From positions 3,967 to 67,966 of the forward strand of contig DASWYI010000022.1 in NCBI GenBank assembly GCA_036405055.1: a stretch of DNA of 64,000 nucleotides. The letters are read 5' to 3'. The position numbers and the translations under genes are program-made. The notes beneath the pieces were generated by a model. That model had not been told where the DNA came from. It did not search any database and saw only the letters and a program-made list of their open reading frames with translations. This document shows positions 45,294 through 54,256 of the stretch, in pieces (position 1 is the stretch's first letter; each line of letters opens with the position of its first letter). The stretch is from Brevundimonas sp. Lineage in GTDB: Bacteria; Pseudomonadota; Alphaproteobacteria; Caulobacterales; Caulobacteraceae.

Positions 45294-46006
45294 GCGGCGA
45301 CCCACTGGCTATATCCGGCGGCGCGCAGCTCGCAGGCCGGGCAGGCGCCGCAGCCGTAGCCCCAGGCGTGGCGATGCGTGCGGTCGCCGAGATAGCAGGT
45401 GTGCGAGTCCTCGACGATCAACTCGACTAGGGTGTCGCCTCCGATGGTGTGGGCTAGGGCCCAGGTCTGCGCCTTCGTCAGGGCCATCAGCGGCGTCTCG
45501 ATCGGCACAGGCTTGTCGAGGCCGAGGCTGAGGGCGCGGCTCATGGCCTCGATCGTGTCGCGGCGGCAGTCGGGATAGCCGCTGAAGTCCGTCTCGCACA
45601 TGCCGCCGACCAGCACGTCGAGGCCGCGCCGGTCCGCCAGGGCCGCCGCCGCCGTCAGGAAGATCAGGTTGCGGCCGGGGACGAAGGTGGTCGGCAGGCC
45701 GCGCGCGTCCACCTCAATGGCGCGGTCGCTGGTCATGGCCGTCTCGCCGATCCGTCCGAAGCCGGTCAGGTCGACGACGTGGTCGGGGCCGAGGCGGCCG
45801 GCCCACTGTGGCAGGGCCCGAACCATGCCGGCCCGGACATTGAGCCGCGCGTCCATCTCCACCGCATGGCGCTGGCCATAGTCGAAACCGACCGTCTCGA
45901 CCCGCTCAAACGCCTCCAGCGCCCAGGCGAGGCAGGTCGCGCTGTCCTGCCCGCCCGAGAACAGGACGAGGGCGGATTTCGGCGATGTCGGCTGGATAAC
46001 GGCCAT
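45290..46006 (-). CDS. queC: 7-cyano-7-deazaguanine synthase
   Basis: SGGQDS, YGQRH, FVPGRN, YPDCR and HTCY…CG.CPAC.LR motifs. Confidence 0.96.
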   Translation of the reverse strand: MAVIQPTSPKSALVLFSGGQDSATCLAWALEAFERVETVGFDYGQRHAVEMDARLNVRAGMVRALPQWAGRLGPDHVVDLTGFGRIGETAMTSDRAIEVDARGLPTTFVPGRNLIFLTAAAALADRRGLDVLVGGMCETDFSGYPDCRRDTIEAMSRALSLGLDKPVPIETPLMALTKAQTWALAHTIGGDTLVELIVEDSHTCYLGDRTHRHAWGYGCGACPACELRAAGYSQWVAA

Positions 46007-46212
46007 GACGAACCTGCGGTCGGCCGTTTCGGCCGCGCGCATGCAAAGAGGGATGGGGGAAAACGAGCTTTCCGGGGCGCGCCTTCTACACCTGCGGGCC
46101 TCCAGACGCAAAGCGGAGCATCAGGCGACTGAAAACGCGGCATTTCCCCGATTAACCGTTCCGCAAACCGTTTCTGCGCAATGTCCACCGGTGACACGGA
46201 GTGCCGGGCAGT

Positions 46213-47838
46213 ATGCCTACGATTGAAACCCTGACCGAACGCGTCGAGGCGGTGACCGTCGAGACTCTCGGTAGCGAGATCTTCGCCCGGTTCGAGCGTG
46301 AACCGGACACGCTGGTCATACCCGTCGTCAAGGATCACCGGCCCGTCGGCCTGATCGAGCGCAACGCCTTCCTGCTGAAGATCGCCGGCCCCTTCGGCCA
46401 TGCGCTCTACGCCAACCGCCCGGTCACACAGGTCATGGACGCCGAACCGGCCGTGGTCGAGGCGGGCATCGAGATCGACGCCTTTTCCAACATTGTCCTC
46501 GAGGGCGGGGCCGGCGCGCTGATGCGCGGTTTCGTCGTCACCCGGGAAGGCAAATACTGGGGCGTCGGCACGGCCGTGTCGCTGCTGCAGGCGGCCAATG
46601 ACGCCCAACGCCGCCAGAACGCCGAACTGGCCGAACAGGCCCGCGTCCTCAGCGACACACGCACCCAGGCCCTGAGCGCCGCCCGCGCCAAGAGCCAGTT
46701 CCTGGCCATCATGAGCCATGAGCTGCGCACGCCCATGAACGGCGTGCTTGCCGTGGCCGAACTGCTGCGCCGCCAGCCGCTGAACGACGCCTCCCATTCG
46801 CACGTCCAGACCATCGTGGACTCGTCCGAGACCCTGCTGCGCATCCTGCAGGACGCGCTCGACCTGTCGCGCGCCGAGGCCGGCGAACTGGAGCTGACGC
46901 CGCAGCCGACCGCTCTGCGCGCCCTGATGGACGACGTCCAGGCCATGTGGGAGCCGCGCGCCAGCCAGGATAACGTCGCCCTGATGGTGGGCTATGAAGG
47001 CGACACCGAACTGGCCGTCATGATCGACGGCATGCGCCTGAAACAGGTGTTCAACAACCTGATCGGCAACGCCCTGAAATTCGCGCGCAACGGCGTGGTC
47101 GAGGCCAGCCTGAAGGCCTGGGCCGAGGGCGACCGCATCCGCATGGAGGCGCGCGTCCGTGACGACGGCCCCGGCGTGGATCCCGAGCGGGTCGATACGA
47201 TTTTCGAACCCTTTGTCCATGGGGCGGGCGCGGACGGCGCGGGTCTCGGCCTGTCGATCTGCCGCCAGATCGTCCAGCGCATGGACGGGCGCATCTGGGC
47301 CGAGAACAACGCCGGCCGCGGCGCCACCTTCGCCTTCGACATCGAGGGCGAGCGTGTCGCGGTCGAAACGGAGGCCAGTTCGAACGTGTCCGCCTTGTCA
47401 GACCTCGATCTCCAGTCCAACCCGCACATCCTGATCGTCGACGACAACGCCACCAACCGCGTGGTGGCCCAGGCGCTTTGCGAGATGTTCGGCTGCACCT
47501 CGGAAACGGCCGAGGACGGCATGGAGGCGCTGGACGCGGTCAAGTCGCGCGCCTTCGACCTGATCCTGATGGACATCAAGATGCCGCGCATGGATGGGGT
47601 CCAGGCAACCCAAGCCATCCGCAAGCTCAAGGGACCGGCCGGCCAGACGCCGATCATCGCCCTGACCGCCAACGCCGATCCGGACGACGCCAAGACCTAT
47701 CTGGCCATCGGCATGGCCGCAGTGGTCGAAAAGCCGATCAAGCCGGAACGCCTTCGCATGGCCATGAACGCCGCGCTCAGCCAGGAGCCGGCGGTCGAGG
47801 AAGCGGCGCCCGCAGCCAAGGGCCGTTCGGCGGCCTAG
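46213..47838 (+). CDS. cytoplasmic hybrid histidine kinase (CBS-like N-terminus, HisKA, HATPase, REC)
   Basis: [37 protein letters not shown]…MDIKMP motifs; no TM. Confidence 0.92.
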   Translation: MPTIETLTERVEAVTVETLGSEIFARFEREPDTLVIPVVKDHRPVGLIERNAFLLKIAGPFGHALYANRPVTQVMDAEPAVVEAGIEIDAFSNIVLEGGAGALMRGFVVTREGKYWGVGTAVSLLQAANDAQRRQNAELAEQARVLSDTRTQALSAARAKSQFLAIMSHELRTPMNGVLAVAELLRRQPLNDASHSHVQTIVDSSETLLRILQDALDLSRAEAGELELTPQPTALRALMDDVQAMWEPRASQDNVALMVGYEGDTELAVMIDGMRLKQVFNNLIGNALKFARNGVVEASLKAWAEGDRIRMEARVRDDGPGVDPERVDTIFEPFVHGAGADGAGLGLSICRQIVQRMDGRIWAENNAGRGATFAFDIEGERVAVETEASSNVSALSDLDLQSNPHILIVDDNATNRVVAQALCEMFGCTSETAEDGMEALDAVKSRAFDLILMDIKMPRMDGVQATQAIRKLKGPAGQTPIIALTANADPDDAKTYLAIGMAAVVEKPIKPERLRMAMNAALSQEPAVEEAAPAAKGRSAA

Positions 47839-48869
47839 GCCACTTCGTCTGCGGGTGACGCCTCGTCGTCCTCATCGTCATAGCCGACCAGTCGCAGGGC
47901 GCGCGCCTTCATGCCGTTGATCTCGGCCCAGCGCAGCAGGCCTTCTTCACGGCCGTGGGTGATCCAGATCTCGTCGGGCTTCAGCTCGGTGAAGGTGTCG
48001 GTCAGTTCGGTCCAGTCGGCGTGGTCCGAAATCACCAGCGGCAGCTCCACCCCCCGCTGACGCGCCCGCGCCTTCACCAGCATCCACCCGGACGCAAAGG
48101 CCGTGACCGGATCGGCGAAGCGCCGCGCCCAGCGGTCCTGAATGGCCGACGGCGGGGCGATGACGATCTCGCCGCCCAGCGCGTCCTTGCCGAGGCCTGT
48201 GGCGGGCAACAGGTCGCCCAGCGCCACGCTTTCGCGCTCATACAGCCGGTTCAGCCGCTCCATGGCGCCGTGGAAATAGATCGGCCGCTCCCAGCCCGCT
48301 TCTCGCAACAGACAGATCACCCGCTGCGCCTTGCCCAGGGCATAGGCGCCGATCAGGTGGGCGCGGTCCGGGAACTGGCGCAGCGACAGGATCACCCGGG
48401 CGATTTCTTCCGCATCCGGCGGATGGGTGAAGACCGGCAGGCCGAAGGTCGCCTCGGAAATGAAGACGTGGCACGGCGTCGGCTCGAACGCGGCGCAGGT
48501 CGGATCGCGCCGGCGCTTGTAGTCGCCGGACACCACCATGGTCAGGCCCTTCCATGAGACCACCGCCTGGGCCGAGCCCAGCACATGGCCGGCGGGGACC
48601 AGCTTCACCTCCACCCCGTTGTGCGAGGCGTCCTCGCCATAGGCCACGGGCTGGCGCAACCGGGTAAAATCCTCGCCGTAGCGTTCGGCCATGATGGCCA
48701 GGGTCTGGGGCGTGGCCAGAACGGCGCCGTGGCCCGCGCGGGCATGGTCGGCGTGGCCGTGAGTGATGACCGCGCGATCCACCGGCCGCACCGGATCGAC
48801 GTAGAAATCTCCCGGCGGGCAATAGAGCCCCAGGGGCGTGGGCCGCAGCAGGTCTTCGGGCTTGATCAT
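47835..48869 (-). CDS. ligase-associated DNA damage response exonuclease (MBL/beta-CASP-like)
   Basis: GLYCPPGDFYVDP…ITHGHADHAR, AGHVLGS, EATFGLP, SDHADW and THG motifs. Confidence 0.92.
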   Translation of the reverse strand: MIKPEDLLRPTPLGLYCPPGDFYVDPVRPVDRAVITHGHADHARAGHGAVLATPQTLAIMAERYGEDFTRLRQPVAYGEDASHNGVEVKLVPAGHVLGSAQAVVSWKGLTMVVSGDYKRRRDPTCAAFEPTPCHVFISEATFGLPVFTHPPDAEEIARVILSLRQFPDRAHLIGAYALGKAQRVICLLREAGWERPIYFHGAMERLNRLYERESVALGDLLPATGLGKDALGGEIVIAPPSAIQDRWARRFADPVTAFASGWMLVKARARQRGVELPLVISDHADWTELTDTFTELKPDEIWITHGREEGLLRWAEINGMKARALRLVGYDDEDDEASPADEVA

Positions 48870-48931
48870 TCGGGCTCCATCAGACGGCCAAGGCCGCTTG
48901 CGCGCAACGCCTTGTGGGCTATGCACGATCC

Positions 48932-49381
48932 ATGAGCGAGCAACTCGACGCGATACTGCCCCAGCTGGCCTCCGGCGCGGCGCATACTCATGCGCTCGGC
49001 TTCGCCTATGTGGGCCGCGAGGGCGACCGCGTGCGCATCCGCGCGCCATACCGAGACGACCTGGTCGGCGACCCTGACACGGGGGTGCTGTCGGGCGGGC
49101 TGGTGACAACCCTGCTGGATCATGTCGGTGGGCTGGCGGTGTGGGTCGCGCTCGACGCGTTCAAGCCCATTGCGACGCTGGATCTGCGGGTCGACTACAT
49201 GCGGGCGGCCGAGCCGGGACGGGACCTGATCGCCGAGGCGCGCTGCTATCGCCTGACCCGGTCCATAGCCTTTGTCCGCGCCTGGGCCTTTGAGGACAGT
49301 CCGGACAACCCCGTCGCGGCGGCGCAGGCGGCCTACATCCTGCCCGCCGAGCGTCCCCGCAAGAAGGGAGCGGGGGCATGA
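48932..49381 (+). CDS. PaaI family thioesterase
   Basis: LVGDPDTGVLSGG…LLD and ATLDLRVDYMR motifs. Confidence 0.88.
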   Translation: MSEQLDAILPQLASGAAHTHALGFAYVGREGDRVRIRAPYRDDLVGDPDTGVLSGGLVTTLLDHVGGLAVWVALDAFKPIATLDLRVDYMRAAEPGRDLIAEARCYRLTRSIAFVRAWAFEDSPDNPVAAAQAAYILPAERPRKKGAGA

Positions 49382-49785
49382 GCGATCTGCTGGACCGGCT
49401 GCCCTATGCGCGCTTTCTCGGCCTGACCACGGCGATGGAGGGCGACGCCCTGACCGTGACCATGCCGTTCGCGGACAAGCTGATCGGCAATCCGATGTTG
49501 CCGGCCCTGCATGGCGGTTCGACCGCGGCATTGCTGGAGCTGACCGCGGTGGCACAGGTGGCGAAGCTCTATCCGTCGCTGCACCTGCCCAAGCCGATCA
49601 ACGTCACCGTCGCCTATCTGCGCTCGGGCCGGCCCCGCGACGTCTTCGGCCGGGCGCGAATCAACAAGGCGGGCCGCCGCGTGGTCCATGTGCTGGCTGA
49701 GGCCTGGCAGGACGACCCCGATCAGCTCATCGCCACCCTCAGCGCGCACTTCCTGCTTGAGGAAGACAACGAAGGGTTGCGTTAA
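49378..49785 (+). CDS. PaaI family thioesterase
   Basis: LIGNP.LPALHGG…LLE and PKPINVTV.YLR motifs. Confidence 0.88.
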   Translation: MSDLLDRLPYARFLGLTTAMEGDALTVTMPFADKLIGNPMLPALHGGSTAALLELTAVAQVAKLYPSLHLPKPINVTVAYLRSGRPRDVFGRARINKAGRRVVHVLAEAWQDDPDQLIATLSAHFLLEEDNEGLR

Positions 49786-49842
49786 AAAATTAGTCATGGT
49801 TGCAATACCTTCGGCGGCGTCGGGCCGCAGGGGGAGACATCC

Positions 49843-50217
49843 ATGAGCCGTGAGACTGTCGGTGAGGCGCTGGCCGCCCGCCTTTACGCCGCTGAAGCCG
49901 CCATCGACACCGCCCTTTATGAGACCGCCACTTTGGCCGCCATGCTGCCCGGTGCGCGGCACGAGGCGTTTCTATCAGCGGTTACGGGCCAGAAAGTGTT
50001 CCAGGGGACGGCCGCCGGCATCAGCGCCCTGACCGAGGCTCGGGCCCATATCGTCGAATCGCACAACGCCCTGGCGGCCCTGGCGCGCAGACTGGGACTG
50101 GACATCTTGGCCCTGGGGCCCGTCGACAAGCCCGAGGACAGACCCCCCGACGACGGGGGCGTGGAGCCGGCCGGGATGCTTAACAAAGCCCTACCAAAAT
50201 CGCCCGTGGCGTGTTAA
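49843..50217 (+). CDS. hypothetical helical protein (paralogue 1, ALGPVDKP motif)
   Basis: GGGGAG RBS; similar to the next ORF. Confidence 0.75.
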   Translation: MSRETVGEALAARLYAAEAAIDTALYETATLAAMLPGARHEAFLSAVTGQKVFQGTAAGISALTEARAHIVESHNALAALARRLGLDILALGPVDKPEDRPPDDGGVEPAGMLNKALPKSPVAC

Positions 50218-50255
50218 GGATCCATTCACCAGTTCAGTTGGTGGAGGGAGTTTCT

Positions 50256-50606
50256 ATGGATCGGGATCAAGTCATCGCCAGCGTCGCGGGCGACCTGTAT
50301 GCGACGGAAAAGGCGATTGACGGGGCCATCACCCAGGCCACGACTCTCGTGCAATCGATGATCGGCGCCCGCGCCGCCCTGTCGATCTCGGCCGTGGCTG
50401 GCACCGGCTCGCAGTCGAAGGCCATGGAAACCATCGCCGCTCTGGGCGTCGCCCGCGACGCGATCGTCGCCTGCCACGCGGAACTGCAAAAGGATCACCG
50501 CAAGATGGGCTGGGGCGTCTACGCGCTCGGCCCCGTCGACAAGCCCGACGATTGGGAGACCCCGATCGGCGGAACCCCGCCCAAGGGTCACCTGCGCGTC
50601 GCCTGA
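50256..50606 (+). CDS. hypothetical helical protein (paralogue 2, ALGPVDKP motif)
   Basis: GGAGGGAG RBS; LYATEKAID and ALGPVDKP motifs shared with the previous ORF. Confidence 0.78.
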   Translation: MDRDQVIASVAGDLYATEKAIDGAITQATTLVQSMIGARAALSISAVAGTGSQSKAMETIAALGVARDAIVACHAELQKDHRKMGWGVYALGPVDKPDDWETPIGGTPPKGHLRVA

Positions 50607-50696
50607 ATTCGGCGTAATGACTGAAACCGACAGTTTCGGTTTCATCAGACTCGATGCAAGATCGCCCCCGGCGCGTTAAGCGGCGGGGGCGATTTC

Positions 50697-51125
50697 ATGT
50701 TCGACACCCTCTATTCGCAAGTAGGGGCGGTGTTCACCGTCATCGTTGTGGCGTTCGCCTTCCTGAAGGGGGACGAGCCCGAGAGGATCGGCGGCGCCGT
50801 CTATCTCCTGGCCTGGTTCGCCTCGATGCTGGTTCAGGACGACACTGAACTTTATGGCGTCCAGTGGGGCATGTTCGCCGTCGATACCCTGGGGCTGATC
50901 GTCTATGGCGCCCTGGCCTGGAAGAGCCGCCGCGCCTGGCCGGTCTGGGTCTGCGCCCTGCAGCTTCTGGCGGTGATGAGCCACATCATGTCGATGGTCG
51001 ACATCCGTCCGCCCGCCGCGTCCTTCTACACCGTGCTCAATCTGGCCAGCTACGGCGTCCTTGTGGCGCTCGCCGTCGGCACCTTCTGGGCTTGGCAGGA
51101 GCGTAAGGCCGCGGGGCTGGAATAG
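50697..51125 (+). CDS. hypothetical four-TM membrane protein
   Basis: KG..PER.G and SRRAWP.W..ALQLL motifs; four hydrophobic segments. Confidence 0.75.
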   Translation: MFDTLYSQVGAVFTVIVVAFAFLKGDEPERIGGAVYLLAWFASMLVQDDTELYGVQWGMFAVDTLGLIVYGALAWKSRRAWPVWVCALQLLAVMSHIMSMVDIRPPAASFYTVLNLASYGVLVALAVGTFWAWQERKAAGLE

Positions 51126-51169
51126 GCGAATATTCCTAGTATGCTGGCGGGGAATCGAGTCTTCGCCTC

Positions 51170-51805
51170 ATGCCCCTGTCCCATGCAAAATTGTGGAAAG
51201 CCATCGACGCCCTGGCGCGGCGCGAGGGCTTGAGCGCGTCGGGGCTGGCGCTCAGGGCCGGGCTGGACGCCACCAGCTTCAATCCGTCCAAGCGGTTCGG
51301 CCCGGGTGAGCCGCCGCGCCCGCGCTGGCCCTCGACCGAGAGCCTGACACGGATTCTGGATGCGACTGGCTTGCCGCTGTCGGCCTTTGCGGCGCTGGCG
51401 GACGATGCGCCGCCCGTGCCGGCGGTTGCGCCACTGCTGGGCATGGCCCAGGCGGGTCAGGACGGCTTCTTCGACGATGCGGGTCTGCCCACCGGGGAGG
51501 GGTGGGAGCAGACGGAGCTGCCGCGCCCCAAGGACAGTCTGTTCAGCCTGCGCATCACGGGTGACTCGATGGCGCCGGTCTATCGCGAGGGTGACTGCGT
51601 CATCGTCGACCGCGACGTGACCGGCGTGCGGCGCGGCGACAGGGTCGTGGTGCGCACTCTGGAGGGTGAAACCGTCGCCAAGGAGGTGGCCGCCCTGACC
51701 GCCCGCACCGTGACCTTGGCTTCGATCAACCCCGCCTATCCGCCCCGCGCCATCGCCCGCCGCGACATCCAGTGGATGGCGCGGATCCTGTGGGTGAGTC
51801 AGTAG
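51170..51805 (+). CDS. HTH + S24 peptidase LexA-like repressor (probable RogA orthologue)
   Basis: LSH..LW.AIDALA…SGLA.RAGLD.TSFN.SKR…RWPSTES; GDSM.P (Ser) and Lys of the S24 dyad; terminal WMARILWVSQ. Confidence 0.85.
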   Translation: MPLSHAKLWKAIDALARREGLSASGLALRAGLDATSFNPSKRFGPGEPPRPRWPSTESLTRILDATGLPLSAFAALADDAPPVPAVAPLLGMAQAGQDGFFDDAGLPTGEGWEQTELPRPKDSLFSLRITGDSMAPVYREGDCVIVDRDVTGVRRGDRVVVRTLEGETVAKEVAALTARTVTLASINPAYPPRAIARRDIQWMARILWVSQ

Positions 51806-51879
51806 GCAGGCTTTTTGCGCTATCGCTCGCCGCGCGGCGGCTCACTGCTTGAGCGCGTACCAAGCGTTAGCGCAAAGAG

Positions 51880-51908
51880 AAAGGGCCGCCCCTTCGGACG
51901 GCCCCTTC
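51880..51908 (-). terminator. probable rho-independent terminator
   Basis: GGGCCG…CGGCCC hairpin followed on the minus strand by TTTTCTCTTT. Confidence 0.55.
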
Positions 51909-51926
51909 ATCAGGTCGGCGTGGACC

Positions 51927-52400
51927 TTAGTAGGTCAGATAGTTGGCGTTGACCCAGCCGCCGCTCGACAGCTGCACCCATTCGCCCTGCGAGCCGACCA
52001 CCTGCAGCGCCTGGCCGCGGCTCACGCTGCCCAGCTGGCGATAGTTGGTGCCGGGGCCCGAGCGGACGCGGACCGTCGTGGTCGGGCGGACGACGCTGGC
52101 GCTGGCTGAGGCGTTGGCCCGGGCGCGTTGCTGGTTGCAGCCGATGTAGGAACCGGCCGCGGCGCCGGCGGCGGCGCCGACCACGGTGCCGGCGGTGCGC
52201 TCGTTGCGGGCGACGTTCGAGCCGACCACGCCGCCGAGAACCGCGCCGATCAGGGCGCCGGTGGCCTGACGACCACCCGGGGCGTCACAGCTGGTGATGC
52301 CGTTGGACTGGGCCGCGGCGACGCCCGGCGCCGCCATGGCGGCGACCGAGGCGAGGGCGGCGGCGGAAAGGGCGGCGAATTTCAGATTGGACTTCGACAT
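51927..52400 (-). CDS. secreted glycine-zipper + bacterial SH3 protein
   Basis: Signal peptide; GALIGAVLGGVVG zipper; VRSGPGTNY…W…GWV SH3 motif. Confidence 0.85.
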   Translation of the reverse strand: MSKSNLKFAALSAAALASVAAMAAPGVAAAQSNGITSCDAPGGRQATGALIGAVLGGVVGSNVARNERTAGTVVGAAAGAAAGSYIGCNQQRARANASASASVVRPTTTVRVRSGPGTNYRQLGSVSRGQALQVVGSQGEWVQLSSGGWVNANYLTY

Positions 52401-52532
52401 GGCTCTATCTCCTTCATCGAGTTGGTCGATGGAGATGAGAATGCGTCACCCGGCCTGAAGGCTCCCCGAACCGCGCCGTTGTTTTCGGTTCATTTTCGGG
52501 CCCGCCAGCACTGGATTTGCGGGCGACCGCCG

Positions 52533-54203
52533 TTACTTCGTCAGCTCACCGTTTGCGCCAGCCTCGATCAGCGCGATCGTCTGCGGCAGGCCGTAGATGG
52601 CGGCGAAGGAGCCGAAGCGCGGGCCCTGCGGCGCGCCCAGCAGCACCTCGTATAGCGCCCCGAACCAGGCGCGCAGGGGCTCGAAGGCGTGTTCCTTGCC
52701 GACCGCATAGACCTCGCCCTGGATCAGCTCGCCGTCGGTGGTGTCGGCGGGCAGGGCGCGCAGACGGGCCGCGAGATCCAGCAGCGCCGCCTTCTCCTTG
52801 TCGTCAGGCAGGCGGTAGGTCTTCGTGGGCCGCACGAAGTCTTCGTAATAGTTCAGGGCATGGCCCATCAGCCGGTCCAGCGTCGGCTCGGACGCGGGCG
52901 TCGCCTCGGGCAGATACTTGCCCATATAGGCCCACAGCTGATCCTTGGACGACGCATTGGCGACGCCGACGAGGTTCAGCAGCAGGCTGAACGACACCGG
53001 GCTGGCCACCTTCGGCGGATGGCCCGCGTGGATCGACCAGACGGCGTTGTCGATCTGCTTGGCCGGCTCTTGCGTCTGGAACTGGTCGATGAAGGACAGA
53101 TAGTCGTCGATGGCGCGCGGAATGACGTTGAAGTGCAGCGACTTGGCCGACTTCGGCGACTGGAACATGTACCAGCTGAGGCTCTCGGGCGTGCCGTAGC
53201 GCAGCCACTCGTCCATCGTCAGGCCGTTGCCCTTGGACTTGGAGATCTTCTTGCCCTCGATGTCGAGGAAGAGCTCGTAGTTGAAGCCCTCGGGCGGCGT
53301 GCCGCCGAGCGCGCGGCAGACCTTGGAGCTTTCGCGCACGCTCTCGATCAGGTCCTTGCCCGACATCTCGTAGTCGATGTCCAGCGCGGTCCAGCGCATG
53401 GCCCAGTCGGGCTTCCATTGCAGCTTCACATGGCCGCCGGTGACGGGGAACTCGGTGCGGCCGCCGGCGGGGTCGTCGAAGACGATGGTCCCGCGCTCCA
53501 CGTTCCGCTCCAGCGTCGGAACCTGCAGCACATGGCCGGTGATCGGGCTGATCGGCAGGAAGGGCGAATAGGTCGCGCGGCGTTCTTCGCCCAGGGTCGG
53601 CAACATGATCGCCTGCACCGCCTCGAACCGCTCCAGCATCACCAGAAGCGTGTGGTCGAACCGGCCCGAGCGGTAGCATTCGGTCGAGGAGAAGAACTCG
53701 TACTCGAAGCCGAAGCCGTCGAGGAACGCGCGCAGCCGCGCGTTGTTGTGGGCGCCGAAGCTGTCGTGCGTGCCGAACGGATCGCGCACCACGGTCAGGG
53801 GCTTGTGCAGGTCCTCCAGCAGGATCTCGGGATTGGGGATGCCCTCCGGCACCTTGCGCAGCCCGTCCATGTCGTCGCTGAACGCAATCAGGCGCGTGGC
53901 CCAGTGGTCGCCGGTCAGGGCGCGGAAGGCGTTGCGCACCATGGTCGTGCGCGCCACCTCGCCGAAGGTGCCCATGTGCGGCAGGCCGGACGGGCCGTAG
54001 CCGGTCTCGAAGATAACCGGACGTTGCAACGCCGCGTGCTTCGCCAGCGCCTCATCCGCCTTGGCCGCCGCGATCAGGGCGGCGGCGTCCGCGCGCGCGG
54101 CGTCGTCCAGCCGCTTCTTCAGCACATGGGCCAGAAGATTGCGGGCCTGTTCAAACGGCCACGACCGGGCGTCGCGCGCGAGATTTTCGAGGGAGTGCAG
54201 CAT
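52533..54203 (-). CDS. lysS: lysine--tRNA ligase, class I
   Basis: FETGYGPSGLPHMGTFGEV, KLQWKPDWAMRW, KISKSKGNG and GPRFG motifs. Confidence 0.97.
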   Translation of the reverse strand: MLHSLENLARDARSWPFEQARNLLAHVLKKRLDDAARADAAALIAAAKADEALAKHAALQRPVIFETGYGPSGLPHMGTFGEVARTTMVRNAFRALTGDHWATRLIAFSDDMDGLRKVPEGIPNPEILLEDLHKPLTVVRDPFGTHDSFGAHNNARLRAFLDGFGFEYEFFSSTECYRSGRFDHTLLVMLERFEAVQAIMLPTLGEERRATYSPFLPISPITGHVLQVPTLERNVERGTIVFDDPAGGRTEFPVTGGHVKLQWKPDWAMRWTALDIDYEMSGKDLIESVRESSKVCRALGGTPPEGFNYELFLDIEGKKISKSKGNGLTMDEWLRYGTPESLSWYMFQSPKSAKSLHFNVIPRAIDDYLSFIDQFQTQEPAKQIDNAVWSIHAGHPPKVASPVSFSLLLNLVGVANASSKDQLWAYMGKYLPEATPASEPTLDRLMGHALNYYEDFVRPTKTYRLPDDKEKAALLDLAARLRALPADTTDGELIQGEVYAVGKEHAFEPLRAWFGALYEVLLGAPQGPRFGSFAAIYGLPQTIALIEAGANGELTK

Positions 54204-54256
54204 GGGCGGGGTTTGGCGCGTCGTGACCGCAGGGTCAACGCCTGTATGTCGCCGGA

